Assembly: GCA_963840855.1 (NCBI GenBank)
Contig: CAWJBB010000031.1
Coordinates: forward strand, 13,753 to 77,752
Length of the DNA stretch: 64,000 nucleotides
DNA from: an uncultured delta proteobacterium
GTDB taxonomy: Bacteria; Desulfobacterota; Binatia; UBA9968
Direction of reading: 5' to 3'
In this document: positions 9,162-19,577 of the stretch, in pieces
How positions within the stretch are numbered: position 1 is the first letter of the stretch
Layout: each line of letters begins with the position of its first letter
The notes under the pieces: generated by a model
What the model was told of the DNA's origin: nothing
The model's database searches: none
The model's input: only the letters and a program-made list of their open reading frames with translations
Translations under genes and position numbers: made by a program

Positions 9162-11785
9162 TGGAGCGTCCTCTCGATGCCGCTATCGTCGATGCGCGCC
9201 GATCCGCCGTGGCTGAATTCCAGAGCTTCAGCGCCGGCATCGATTCTGACCTGATCGCCCTCTTTGAATTCTCCTTCGAGAATCTTCACCGCCAACGGGT
9301 CCTGAATCAATCGCTGAATCGTTCGCTTCAGCGGCCGCGCGCCGTACACCGGATCGTAGCCTTTGTCGGCAATCAGCGCTTTCGCGCCATCAGTGACCTC
9401 CAGCGCCATTTTGCGCTCCGCCAGGTTGCGGCGCAACCACTTTAACTGGATTTCCACGATCGACTTGATCTGCTCGCGGCCCAAGCTGTTAAAGATGATC
9501 GTCTCATCGACCCGGTTGAGAAACTCCGGTTTGAATGATTCGCGCAGCACCGCCGTCATCAACCGTTCCAATTCCGCGCGATTTCCGTCCGCCAGTTCCT
9601 GAATATGCTGGCTGCCGAGATTCGAAGTCATGATAATGACCGTATTCTTGAAGTCCACGGTTCTGCCGTGGCCGTCGGTCATGCGTCCGTCTTCGAGAAT
9701 CTGCAACAGCGCGTTGAAGACATCCGGGTGCGCCTTTTCGATCTCATCGAAGAGCACCACCGAATAGGGGCGGCGGCGCACGGCTTCCGTGAGGTAGCCG
9801 CCCTCTTCATAGCCGACATACCCCGGCGGGGCGCCGATGAGACGCGACACGGAATGTTTCTCCATGAACTCCGACATATCCAGCCGCACCATCGCCTGCT
9901 CGTCGTCGAACAAGAACTCCGCCAGGGCGCGGCATAGTTCCGTCTTGCCGACGCCGGTGGGACCGAGGAAGATAAACGAACCGATGGGGCGGTTCTGGTC
10001 CTGTAAACCGGCGCGGGCGCGGCGCACCGCGTTGGCCACCGCGTGAATAGCGCCGTCCTGCCCAACGACGCGGACTTTCAGGCGGTCTTCCATCTTGAGC
10101 AATTTCTGGATCTCGCCTTCGAGCATTTTCGACACCGGGATGCCGGTCCACTTCGCCACCACTTCGGCGATGTCATCCGCCTCCACCTCTTCTTTGAGCA
10201 TCTTCTGGCTCTTTTGCAGCTCGACAAGACTCTGGTTCGCCTCTCCCAGCTCCTTTTGCAGCTGCGTGAGGGTGCCGTAGCGGAGCTCCGCAGCGCGGTT
10301 GAGATCGCCTTCCCGTTGCGCCTTTTGCTCCTCAACTTTCGTCGATTCGATTCGTTCTTTGAGCGAACGAATGCGCTGAATCGAGTCTTTCTCGTTCTGC
10401 CAATGCGCTTTTAGGCCGCTGGAAGTTTCTTTGAGATTGTGAACTTCCCGATCTAACTGCGCCAGGCGCTCCTTGGAGGCTTTATCTTCTTCCCGTTTGA
10501 GCGCTTGTTTTTCGATCTCCAGCTGGAGGATCTTTCGTTCCACCTCGTCGATCTCGACGGGCATGCTGTCGATTTCAATGCGCAATCGCGACGCCGCTTC
10601 GTCGATCAAATCGATGGCCTTGTCGGGTAAGAAGCGATCGCTGATGTAGCGATGCGACAGCGTCGCCGCGCCGATGATTGCGCCGTCGGTGATGCGCACG
10701 CCGTGGTGAACTTCGTAACGTTCTTTCAAGCCGCGCAGGATGGCAATGGTGTCTTCAACCGACGGCTCGCCCACGTAGACTTGCTGGAAGCGCCGTTCCA
10801 ATGCCGGATCTTTCTCGACGCGTTTGCGGTATTCGTCGAGGGTCGTCGCGCCGACGCAGCGCAATTCGCCGCGCGCCAGCGCCGGCTTTAGCATGTTCGA
10901 GGCATCCATGGCGCCTTCCGCGGCGCCGGCGCCGACGAGCGTATGGAGTTCGTCGATGAAGAGAATGATGTGGCCGCTGGCCTCGGTAACTTCTTTTAGA
11001 ACCGCTTTTAGACGTTCTTCAAATTCGCCGCGAAATTTCGCGCCGGCCACCAACGCTCCGAGGTCGAGGGCGATGAGCCGCTTGTCTTTCAAGCCTTCGG
11101 GGACATCGCCGTTCACGATGCGCAGGGCGAGGCCTTCAACGATGGCGGTTTTGCCGACGCCGGGTTCGCCGATGAGCACCGGGTTATTCTTAGTACGTCG
11201 CGAGAGCACCTGAATCACGCGGCGAATTTCGTCGTCACGGCCGATCACCGGATCAAGTTTTCCTTTGCGCGCGAGATCGGTCAGGTCGCGGCCATATTTT
11301 TCCAGCGCTTGATATTTTTCTTCCGGATTCGGATCAGTGATTCTCTGCGCGCCGCGGATGCTGACCAGCGCGTTGAGAATCTTGTCGCGGGTGGCGCCGA
11401 GTTCTTTCAGTGCTCTGCCGGCCTCCCCGCCGTCCTGCACCATCGCCAGCAGCAGGTGTTCGGTGGAGACGTATTCATCCTTGAGCGCTTGCGCTTCATT
11501 TTCCGCGCTCTCGATAACTTTCTTCAAGCGCGGCGCGATGAACGCTTGCCCCGCCGCTCCGGTGACTTGAGGAAAACGCTCCAGGGATTTTTGCAGCGTC
11601 TCGGCAAGCGACGTGACTGCGACGCCGAGCTTTTGCAGGAGCGATAGGACAACGCCTTCTTTTTGCCCCAGCAGAGCGAAAAGCAGATGTTCGACGTCGA
11701 TGGCTTGATGATTGCGCTTCTCCGCCAGCGACTGTGCGTGCTGCAACGCTTCTTGAGATTTTGTCGTCAGTTTTTCCAGACGCAT
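9158..11785 (-). CDS. clpB: ATP-dependent chaperone ClpB
   Basis: Two AAA+ modules ([16 protein letters not shown]), coiled-coil M domain, 875 aa. Confidence 0.98.
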   Translation of the reverse strand: MRLEKLTTKSQEALQHAQSLAEKRNHQAIDVEHLLFALLGQKEGVVLSLLQKLGVAVTSLAETLQKSLERFPQVTGAAGQAFIAPRLKKVIESAENEAQALKDEYVSTEHLLLAMVQDGGEAGRALKELGATRDKILNALVSIRGAQRITDPNPEEKYQALEKYGRDLTDLARKGKLDPVIGRDDEIRRVIQVLSRRTKNNPVLIGEPGVGKTAIVEGLALRIVNGDVPEGLKDKRLIALDLGALVAGAKFRGEFEERLKAVLKEVTEASGHIILFIDELHTLVGAGAAEGAMDASNMLKPALARGELRCVGATTLDEYRKRVEKDPALERRFQQVYVGEPSVEDTIAILRGLKERYEVHHGVRITDGAIIGAATLSHRYISDRFLPDKAIDLIDEAASRLRIEIDSMPVEIDEVERKILQLEIEKQALKREEDKASKERLAQLDREVHNLKETSSGLKAHWQNEKDSIQRIRSLKERIESTKVEEQKAQREGDLNRAAELRYGTLTQLQKELGEANQSLVELQKSQKMLKEEVEADDIAEVVAKWTGIPVSKMLEGEIQKLLKMEDRLKVRVVGQDGAIHAVANAVRRARAGLQDQNRPIGSFIFLGPTGVGKTELCRALAEFLFDDEQAMVRLDMSEFMEKHSVSRLIGAPPGYVGYEEGGYLTEAVRRRPYSVVLFDEIEKAHPDVFNALLQILEDGRMTDGHGRTVDFKNTVIIMTSNLGSQHIQELADGNRAELERLMTAVLRESFKPEFLNRVDETIIFNSLGREQIKSIVEIQLKWLRRNLAERKMALEVTDGAKALIADKGYDPVYGARPLKRTIQRLIQDPLAVKILEGEFKEGDQVRIDAGAEALEFSHGGSARIDDSGIERTLH

Positions 11786-11844
11786 CCTTAACTCCTAACA
11801 GCTTGCGCACAGCTTTGTTTTTGAGCTGCGCGCGCATGCGTAAA

Positions 11845-11873
11845 AACTTAAGCACGGTTCTGGGGTCTGTCAA
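11845..11873 (-). promoter_or_regulatory. Sigma70-type promoter of clpB
   Basis: Minus strand TTGACA-17 bp-TAAGTT; followed by a GC hairpin and AGGAG before the ATG. Confidence 0.6.
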
Positions 11874-12018
11874 GAAAGGCGAGAAACAGAGTGAGACAGC
11901 GGCGTGAATTCAAACGATTTTCAATGGCAGAAGGAGTCTTTCTCTTCGTCCGATCACGAGCGACGAGCAACGACAGTACCGGCGCCCGAGGCGACGATGC
12001 GCAGTGAGAAATCCGGGG

Positions 12019-12735
12019 CTAGGTGCTTAACACCAGTCCTTGTCCTTTGATAATGTCGAACTCGATTTGCGCGGGCTTGACGTCGGTGCAGCGCATCTTT
12101 TCAATGATCAGGCTGCGCGCGAAGTGGTCTTGCGCCCAAACCATCTCGAGAACGATGGCGCCGGCGACCAGATATTCTTCGATGCCGTGCATGAAGCGTT
12201 CACCGGTGCGGGGTACGGCGTAGGAGGTGAGTATGTTTGTAGTTTCCGTCGATGAGCGCAGGAGCTTGATAAGCAGCCGAGCTTGATCTTGGATGCGCGT
12301 GGCGCTATCGCGGATGAGTAAAAACGGGCCCGCCGGGTCGAGAACCATGCGCTTGGCGCCCAGGCGATTCACGAAACCGGCCAAATCATTGACTGTTTTG
12401 TGAATATCGATGTTGCGCTCCCTGCCGACGCCGGGAATAGGGCTCAGATAGGTGCCGGCGTTGAGAATCGCCAGCTGTTTTTGTTCGACGAACTTTTCGA
12501 AGTCCCAGCCTATGGATGCCGCTTGTTCAATGATATCGAGGGGCCCTTCGTCGTCGGCGACGTAGATGCCTTTCTCGCCGTGCGCCAGCCCGTCGGCGAG
12601 AAACTGAAGCGCCATGACAGTCTTGCCCGTGCCAGGCTCACCGGTGATGAGCACGGATCGGCCTTTCGGGAAGCCGCCTTCGAGTAACTGGTCAAGCCCG
12701 GCTACTCCTGTCGACACGCGTTCAGTGTTTATCAT
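12019..12735 (-). CDS. Single-domain KaiC/RAD55-like ATPase
   Basis: STGVAGLDQLLEGGFP, Walker A GEPGTGKT, KMR finger; 238 aa. Confidence 0.9.
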   Translation of the reverse strand: MINTERVSTGVAGLDQLLEGGFPKGRSVLITGEPGTGKTVMALQFLADGLAHGEKGIYVADDEGPLDIIEQAASIGWDFEKFVEQKQLAILNAGTYLSPIPGVGRERNIDIHKTVNDLAGFVNRLGAKRMVLDPAGPFLLIRDSATRIQDQARLLIKLLRSSTETTNILTSYAVPRTGERFMHGIEEYLVAGAIVLEMVWAQDHFARSLIIEKMRCTDVKPAQIEFDIIKGQGLVLST

Positions 12736-12834
12736 GCTAGTCCTTACTCCAACTAATTTTCGCTTCCGGGTAATTTAACTCTCGTCGATCATTGCTTTCA
12801 GGCTTACTGGCGGTGCGCGCGGTGGGCCGCCGGG

Positions 12835-15800
12835 TTACGCCTTCCAGCGCCGTTTGAATAAGCCCATGTTCCATCGCCTGCTGGAGCCCAAAGCAGAGTC
12901 CTTTTCAGATTCGGGATTCCACGAGCGCACGCGTCCCTCGAGGTGCGTAAACCGGCTGGTTCTTTCCGCGCCGCTCATATCATGGCCGATGACGCCGTTG
13001 ACCATGCTTGTCTCCGGCTCAGCTTCACTCGGTTGCAAGGGATCAGTCCTGAGCATTGAACTGCGGGGCGTACCGTTGACGAAGCCCTGGGGCATTTCGA
13101 CGGCGTCTTCTTCCCTCAGTTCCACCGAGAAGGGGGCATCGATGACTTCTTGTCCGCGGCTGGTTTTGAGCCGCGCGAGATAATCCTGCAACGAGTCCAT
13201 CTCGGCTTTAACCTTGATGAGCTCTTCATTGCGGTTTTCAAGCAAGCTATGTTTTTCCGCGAGCTGGCCTCGCAGCTCCTGGATCTGCCGCTGAAAACCC
13301 TCTTCCAAACGGGTAATGGCGGCGCGGTGGTCTTCCACGGATTGATCAAGGGCCGGCGTTTGGTCTTTCGCCGTGAGTTCCATCCGCAGCTTTGTCACGC
13401 GCGATTCAAAACTGTCCCTGAGCTGTTGCAGTTCGTGGTCGGCATTCTCTTGGAGCGTGTGGCGGGCCGTTTCCAGCTGGGCCAGGCGCTCGAGCAACTC
13501 ATCGATCCTGTCTTGTGCGGCTTTAAGCTGCTCGCTTTGGAGATCCCCGCCGCTTTGCGCCGTTCCCAAGTGCGATTCACTGGCCGGACTTTGTATCTGC
13601 TGCTCCATACGCTGGAGCGCCGCCTCGAGTTCCGCCAGCGCTTGCTCCCTGGAATGGAGTTGTTGTTCCAGAGCGGCAATCCGGTTGGCATCGGATTGCG
13701 AGGGCAAGACCGGTGCTTCTTGCAACTGGCGGGTCGTGGACTCGAGCTGGGCGATGCGTTCGCGCAGCGTGTTCGCCTCGGTCTCCGCCTGCCGCAGCTC
13801 GACGGTCTGCTTATCCAGCAGCGTTTGCTGAGTGGCTGATTGCTCCTTCAGCACGTCGATTTCGGCGCGCAGTGTTTGTTCGATTGCGCTTAGCGCGGCT
13901 TGCCGTTCGTCAAGTAGTGCTTGTTGCTCGGCACTTGCCGATTGCTGGCCGGTGATCTCGGCTTGCAGCGTCCGCCGCACCCGGTCGGTCTCGCTCGCCG
14001 CGTCCGCCAAGGCTTGCCTGTAGGTTGCTTCGAGCCGCGCCGCTTGGCCGGATAGGCTCTCGACCCCGGCTTGCAGCACGCCTATTTCCCGAACCCGCGA
14101 CTCGAGCACGCTCTCTTTCTCATTCAAACGGCTCTCAAGATCTTCGATTTGCGCCTTGAACGCCGGATCCGGCCGGTTGGCGGCCGCCTGGTGCTCGCGC
14201 AGCGCCTGTTCCATTCGCTCCAACTCCGCTCGGAGTTCCGCGCAGCGCGCTGCAGACTCCTGTTCGGCGCGACGCGCTCCTATTTGTAGCTCGTCAAGCG
14301 CGTCTCGCGCGCTGCCGAGGGCTGCGCTCAATTCCGTCACTCGGGCTTCAGTCCGGCGTAGGGTTTCGCTTTGGCTGTCGAGACTGTCCTGCTTTTCGTT
14401 GAGCTGGCCCGTAAGCGCGTCAACTTGGGCAGTCAACTGTTGGGCGCGTTCTTGGATCACGCTCCGCTCTTCCAACCCGTGGCGTTGGCGCTCCAGCGCG
14501 GCCGCAAGCTCGCCGGTTGCCCGTTCCGTTTCGCCACGGTAGCTGTCAACCTGGAGTTGCTTCTCCGTTAACTGGGATTGCCACTCTTGCCGCTGGGCTA
14601 GGAAGTTCTGTTCTTGTTCAGAGAGCCGGGCTTGCCATTCCGCCAGCGTTCGTTCCTTCTCACCAATCGCGTCGCGCGCCGCCAACAATTCCGCCTGGGC
14701 CTGACGTAGATGGTCCTCCTGGCTCTCGACGACGGATTCCTTGGCCGCGAGCTTGCCCTGCAGCTCACGGTTGCGGTTGCGCAATTCTTGTTCGATGTGT
14801 TGCAGGTCGCCCTGCCCTTGCTCCAGCAACCGCTCCTTTTCCCCGAGCTCGGCGCGAAGCGCCGCGAGCTCGGCGGCAAAAGTTTCACGCGCTTGGGTTA
14901 GCTCTTTGGCGGCGGCAATCTGTTGTCGCTGCGCCAAGCCCTCCATTTCGGCGATACGGCCTGAAAGGGCGGACATGTCTGCATTGCGGCGCGCGATCTC
15001 CGCCGCCTGATTCTCGAGCAGCGCCTGTTTACTCGCTTCCTCCGCCGAGGTCGCTTGCACAGTCTCGTTGAGTTCTCGTTCCAGATCCGCAATGGTGGTT
15101 TGGTTCCGAGTCAATAGCGCCGTCTTGTGGACGATTTCAGATTGTAGAGCCGCGATCTTGGCTTGCGCGTCTTGCCGAAAGGCTTCGAGAACCCGCGCCG
15201 CCTGAGTTTGAATTTGCCCTTCGCCCGACTCCAGCTCAGTGACGCGCTGGCGCAGTTCATGGCGCTCGCTTTCAGCGCGCTGAATCTCCGTTCTCTGCTC
15301 CTCTGCCGACTCACGGCTCTTGGCCAGTTCCTCCGCCAGGCTACGAATTCTATCTTGCGCGCTTTGCGCCGTTCGGGTCGCGGCCGCATCGCGCTGCTGT
15401 AAGGCTTGTTCCTTCTGCGTAAGTTCGGACTGAAGCTGAGCAACATGGGATTTGAGGTCTTGCCGTGCTTGATCGACACGCAGAGCCGCGGCGGTTTCCA
15501 GCTCTCGCTTCGCTGCTTCCAGGCGAGATAGCCGTTCCTGAAGCGTAGCGATTTCTGCGCCGCGTTGTTCGGATTCCTCCCGGCAATGCTGTATGAGGTC
15601 TTGTTGTTCCGCTATCCGCTGCAGAAGTTCTTGGTTTTGCGTATTGAGTTGGTTCTGTTCGTCATGGAAATCCGATAGATGCTTGGAAAAGGCATTTTCT
15701 TTATCTTCGAGCCTTTCCTTGAGATTGCTGACTTTGACGCGAAACTGTTCCTGGATCTTTTCTACTTCGCCAAAGGCGGCGGTATGGGCGCGCTTGAGAT

Positions 15801-15894
15801 AAAGCTCCATCAGGCGCGTCTGCGCCGAGAGTATCTCGATCTCGTCGAGCAATAGCACGAGAGGTTCGCTTTTTGGCTTATCCACGGGTGGCAT
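12835..15894 (-). CDS. Very long coiled-coil protein (1019 aa), no ATPase head
   Basis: E/Q/L/A/R-rich heptad pattern over ~900 aa; low-complexity tail ending RRWNMGLFKRRWKA. Confidence 0.85.
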   Translation of the reverse strand: MPPVDKPKSEPLVLLLDEIEILSAQTRLMELYLKRAHTAAFGEVEKIQEQFRVKVSNLKERLEDKENAFSKHLSDFHDEQNQLNTQNQELLQRIAEQQDLIQHCREESEQRGAEIATLQERLSRLEAAKRELETAAALRVDQARQDLKSHVAQLQSELTQKEQALQQRDAAATRTAQSAQDRIRSLAEELAKSRESAEEQRTEIQRAESERHELRQRVTELESGEGQIQTQAARVLEAFRQDAQAKIAALQSEIVHKTALLTRNQTTIADLERELNETVQATSAEEASKQALLENQAAEIARRNADMSALSGRIAEMEGLAQRQQIAAAKELTQARETFAAELAALRAELGEKERLLEQGQGDLQHIEQELRNRNRELQGKLAAKESVVESQEDHLRQAQAELLAARDAIGEKERTLAEWQARLSEQEQNFLAQRQEWQSQLTEKQLQVDSYRGETERATGELAAALERQRHGLEERSVIQERAQQLTAQVDALTGQLNEKQDSLDSQSETLRRTEARVTELSAALGSARDALDELQIGARRAEQESAARCAELRAELERMEQALREHQAAANRPDPAFKAQIEDLESRLNEKESVLESRVREIGVLQAGVESLSGQAARLEATYRQALADAASETDRVRRTLQAEITGQQSASAEQQALLDERQAALSAIEQTLRAEIDVLKEQSATQQTLLDKQTVELRQAETEANTLRERIAQLESTTRQLQEAPVLPSQSDANRIAALEQQLHSREQALAELEAALQRMEQQIQSPASESHLGTAQSGGDLQSEQLKAAQDRIDELLERLAQLETARHTLQENADHELQQLRDSFESRVTKLRMELTAKDQTPALDQSVEDHRAAITRLEEGFQRQIQELRGQLAEKHSLLENRNEELIKVKAEMDSLQDYLARLKTSRGQEVIDAPFSVELREEDAVEMPQGFVNGTPRSSMLRTDPLQPSEAEPETSMVNGVIGHDMSGAERTSRFTHLEGRVRSWNPESEKDSALGSSRRWNMGLFKRRWKA

Positions 15895-15941
15895 TTATAA
15901 TCCTTGTAGATAGACAAATCCGGATCGCACAAGCGGCAACA

Positions 15942-16084
15942 ATGAAGCTCCTCGGAGCAAAGCTCCGAGGTATCCTTGCGAAATTCACCGAAGCCCCTCT
16001 ACCCTCCTTCGCCAAGGCTACGGAGGGTTCTCCTCGCCTTCATCCTCGCAGCAAGCTGCGAGGTATTCGGCGAAGGAGAATAAA
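15942..16084. mobile_element. Non-autonomous palindrome-flanked element (IS200/IS605-end-like MITE) with a nested REP hairpin
   Basis: Hairpins cctcggagc-aaa-gctccgagg (15950-15970) and cctcgcagc-aa-gctgcgagg (16044-16063), each followed by TAT; internal accctcc...ggagggt hairpin. Confidence 0.6.
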
Positions 16085-16287
16085 ATCTAACACAATCCCG
16101 GCGAATGATTCTAGCGAAAAGCATGCCAGGTTTGAAAAGGAAAACAGTGATAAATCAAGAAGTTGCTTTTTTCATTTAGGGGCAGTTGAGGAGCTTTCGG
16201 CGAAATTAGCAAGATTTTGGACGAAAGCGTCAAGATTTGGACGATAGCGTGACTCAAGCGGCATTGGCGGTCCTTTGCCAGGCTAGT

Positions 16288-16316
16288 TTGAATTAGCTTC
16301 TCGCCGCGGCTACAAT
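16288..16316 (+). promoter_or_regulatory. Sigma70 promoter of hisC, probably leaderless
   Basis: TTGAAT-17 bp-TACAAT, ending 7 nt before ATG 16324; no SD. Confidence 0.55.
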
Positions 16317-16323
16317 CCGCGCG

Positions 16324-17374
16324 ATGGCAGCTTACTTTCGACCCAATATCGCCGCTATGCACGGCTATATTCCCGGGGAACAACCGCGGGACGACGGCTA
16401 TATCAAGCTCAACACCAATGAAAATCCTTACCCTCCGTCGCCGCGGGTTTTGGCGGCCCTCAGAAAAGCGATCAATCCCTCCCTCCGCCTTTACCCGGAG
16501 CCGCTGAGCGATGGCTTGCGCGCCGTCGCCGCTTCAGTTTACGGCGTCAAACCGGAAAATATTATCGCGGGGAACGGTTCGGATGAACTGCTCTCCATGT
16601 TAATGCGCTCATTTATCGGGCCGGGGGACCGCGTCGCATTTCCGTCGCCGACCTACTCCCTCTACGAAACCTTGATCGAGATTCAGGGCGGGGAAAAAGC
16701 GGAGGTGGAATATCCAGCGAAGTTTTCGGTGCCCGAGACCCTCGCCGCGCAAAATGCCCCTCTGACGTTTCTATGCAATCCCAATTCTCCCACTGGAACG
16801 CTGGTTTCTTTGCCGGAAATAGACCGGCTCGCGCGCGGCCGTTTCGGGCATCCTGGTGGTGGACGAAGCCTATGTCGATTTCGCCGACGGCGAGGGAGCT
16901 TCCGCGCTGCCGCTTATTCGCCAGTTGCCCAATCTGGTGGTGTTGCGCACTTTCTCAAAATCTTTCTCGCTGGCGGGGATGCGTATCGGGCTTGCCTTTG
17001 CGGGGGAGGAAATAATCGCCGGGATGATGAAGGTCAAAGACTCCTATAATCTCAATCGGCTGAGCCTAGTGGCGGCCACGGCGGCGCTGCAAGATCTGAA
17101 GTGGATGGCGCGCAACGTGCGGCGCATCCAGAAGAGCCGGCGCAAACTGATCGCCGGGGCGAAAAAAAAGGGCTTTCAGGTTCTGCCGTCGCAAGCCAAC
17201 TTTGTTCTGGTCAGGAAGCCCGGCGAGAATCTAAGGGGCGTGTATGAAGCGTTGAAGCGTAACAAAATTTTGGTGCGTTACTTCGACGTGCCGGGACTGC
17301 ACGAGTGTCTGCGCATCACGGTGGGGACTGCGCGGGAAGTTGCCGCATTGCTTAGCGCGCTGGCGACGCCCTAA
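16324..17374 (+). CDS. hisC: Histidinol-phosphate aminotransferase, single-base frameshift near 16837
   Basis: KLNTNENPY, GNGSDE, CNPNSPTG in the first ORF; VDEAY, RTFSKSFSLAGMRIG in the second ORF. Confidence 0.9.
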
Positions 17375-17461
17375 GTCACTGATTTTAGAGCTTCCGGGTT
17401 TGCTGTGGAGGAGTGAGTCACCAAAAGTTTCTTGATTTTCGCTTTGCGAAAGGAGGTCCAT

Positions 17462-17890
17462 ATGGACCGGATCAGAGTCACGGAACTAGACCATATCGTG
17501 CTCAACGTCGGAGACATCAACCGGTCTCTGAAGTTTTACACCGAGGATTTGGGATTACAGCCCGAGCGTCTCGAAGAATTTAGATCAGGCAAAGTAAGGT
17601 TTCCGTCGGTGCGCATCAATGACGATACGATCATCGACCTCTTTCCGATCAAGGACGCAGGGACCGAAGCGCGGCAGCCAAGCGAAAAAAATAACCGCAA
17701 CCTCAATCACTTCTGCATGGTCGTGGGCCAGGAGGACTTCTCCGGCATCGTCAACTATTTGACGCAACGGCAAATCTCGATCCGCGAGGGACCGGTCTCC
17801 CGCTGGGGCGCGCGCGGGCGGGCGACGTCGGTTTATTTCCTTGACCCCGATGGCAACGAGATCGAGATCCGCTGCTATCCGGCGGAATAG
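17462..17890 (+). CDS. VOC/glyoxalase family protein
   Basis: LDHIVLNV, HFC, YFLDPDGNEIEI; AAGGAGG SD upstream of ATG 17462. Confidence 0.9.
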   Translation: MDRIRVTELDHIVLNVGDINRSLKFYTEDLGLQPERLEEFRSGKVRFPSVRINDDTIIDLFPIKDAGTEARQPSEKNNRNLNHFCMVVGQEDFSGIVNYLTQRQISIREGPVSRWGARGRATSVYFLDPDGNEIEIRCYPAE

Positions 17891-17894
17891 ATAA

Positions 17895-17986
17895 GTTCAA
17901 GGTTCAATGTTCAAAGTTCAAGGTTTTAGCTCCAAGATCGCCGGCAGCGCCATCTCCTATCCGAAACTTGACCTTGAACTTTGAAC
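17895..17986. repeat. Foldback array of 7-bp GTTCAAn units between convergent genes
   Basis: gttcaag gttcaat gttcaaa gttcaag gtt ... aacttgac cttgaac tttgaac. Confidence 0.85.
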
Positions 17987-18012
17987 GTAATTTTGAGAGT
18001 AGGCTCCGCCGC

Positions 18013-19356
18013 TTAAGCCTTACCGGGTAAGGGAACATCATGCGACCGCGTTGCGGCGGGTTCCAGTTTGATCTTGACGATCCTTCTTCCCTCCATATCG
18101 ACGATGGTGAGACGGTAGCCGTTACGCTCGACCCAATCGCCGCCGCGGGGAATGCGCTTGAGCTGCGCGAGCACGAAACCCGCGAGGGTGAGGTAATCCG
18201 GCGATTCTTCGAAAGGCAGATCGAAATCGGATTTCAATTCGCGGAGAAGAGCAGAACCCTGGATGATCAATGATCCATCGGGAAGACGCTCCACCGGCCC
18301 CCGCTCCTCGATGTCGTACTCGTCGCGGATTTCGCCGACGATCTCTTCGACGATATCTTCAAACGTCGCCAGTCCTTCGATTTCGCCGAATTCGTTCACT
18401 ACCAGGGCCAAGGCCAGGTGGCGGCGCTGCAGTTGCTTGAGCAACTCGCTAATGGGCAGGGAACTCGGCGCGAAAAATGCCGGATGGAGGTGGTCGCGCA
18501 TGCGAAATTCGCTTCGCTCCTGAAGCGCCTTGAATACATCCTTGTTGTAGAGAACGCCGACAACCCGGTCCAGATCACCCTCATAAACCGGAATGCGAGA
18601 AAAACCGCTCTCGACGAAACTCTTGGCCACGTCGGTCAAAGACGCGGCGAATTCGATGGCGTGAATCTCGGTGCGCGGTTTCATGATTGCCTTGACAGGG
18701 GTGTCGGCGAACTCGAAAACGCTGTGGATCAACTCCTTTTCGGTCTCATTAAAGATGCCCTTGGCGGCGCCTTCACGGATCAGCGACTTGACCTCTTCGA
18801 CGGAATTGAAACTCGCGCTTTCGGCCTCCTTGCGGCCGAAGCTCCAAAGTATGGCGTTGCTCGACGCCGTTAGAATCTTCACCAAAAATGAACTGACGCG
18901 TGAAAGGAAATCGATGGGCCGGGCCACCAGAAAAGCGATTTGTTCGGAGTAGCGCAGCGCCAGGGATTTTGGAACCAATTCTCCCAATACCAGAGAAAAA
19001 TAGGCGACGGGCAGAACTACAAATAGGATCGCCAAGGGCTCGCTCCATTGCGCGACGAAGGGAAGCGGCAACGCCTCGATCAGAGGTTTCACAAAATCGA
19101 TGGCCGCAGCGCCGCCGATGGCGGAGGCGAGAGTGCTGACCAAGGTGACGCCGATTTGCACTGTGGCGAGAAAGCGATCCGGATCGTTTTTCAGCCGGGC
19201 GACGGCCGCGGCCGATTTTACGCCTTGTTCGAGCAGCTGATCGATGCGCGATTTACGCGTGGCGATCATAGCGATCTCCGACGCCGCGAAAAAGCCGTTG
19301 GCAAGGATCAGCAGAAAAATCATAGCGGCCTCGAACCAGAAGCTTTCAAAAACCAT
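18013..19356 (-). CDS. HlyC/CorC (CNNM-CBS-CorC) family membrane protein
   Basis: NGFFAASEIA, GELVPKSLA, FSRIPVY, EDIVEEIVGEIRDEYD. Confidence 0.92.
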   Translation of the reverse strand: MVFESFWFEAAMIFLLILANGFFAASEIAMIATRKSRIDQLLEQGVKSAAAVARLKNDPDRFLATVQIGVTLVSTLASAIGGAAAIDFVKPLIEALPLPFVAQWSEPLAILFVVLPVAYFSLVLGELVPKSLALRYSEQIAFLVARPIDFLSRVSSFLVKILTASSNAILWSFGRKEAESASFNSVEEVKSLIREGAAKGIFNETEKELIHSVFEFADTPVKAIMKPRTEIHAIEFAASLTDVAKSFVESGFSRIPVYEGDLDRVVGVLYNKDVFKALQERSEFRMRDHLHPAFFAPSSLPISELLKQLQRRHLALALVVNEFGEIEGLATFEDIVEEIVGEIRDEYDIEERGPVERLPDGSLIIQGSALLRELKSDFDLPFEESPDYLTLAGFVLAQLKRIPRGGDWVERNGYRLTIVDMEGRRIVKIKLEPAATRSHDVPLPGKA

Positions 19357-19577
19357 TTTTGGATACTCCTATACCGCAAAGGCCGGTTGCCTTACCGGGG
19401 CGTTTTCGCGCTTTCGAGATTTGAATGGGGCGACGTCAATCGGCAAAGGCCAACGTTGGCCGGGGGGATTGGACATTAGTGGGTTTGATCTTATTAAAGC
19501 TTCCGCCACCGAAAAAGGCAAGGCCTGTCATTTACCGATTGAACCGTTTCAAGTAGGATGCGACTCGAGGGGTTCCA

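Noticed and set aside
12019-12735. Circadian clock KaiC
   Set aside because: Single domain, no S/T phosphosite pair at the expected position, no kaiA/kaiB nearby.
12835-15894. SMC/SbcC or phage tape-measure protein
   Set aside because: No Walker motifs, hinge or zinc hook, and no phage structural genes around it.
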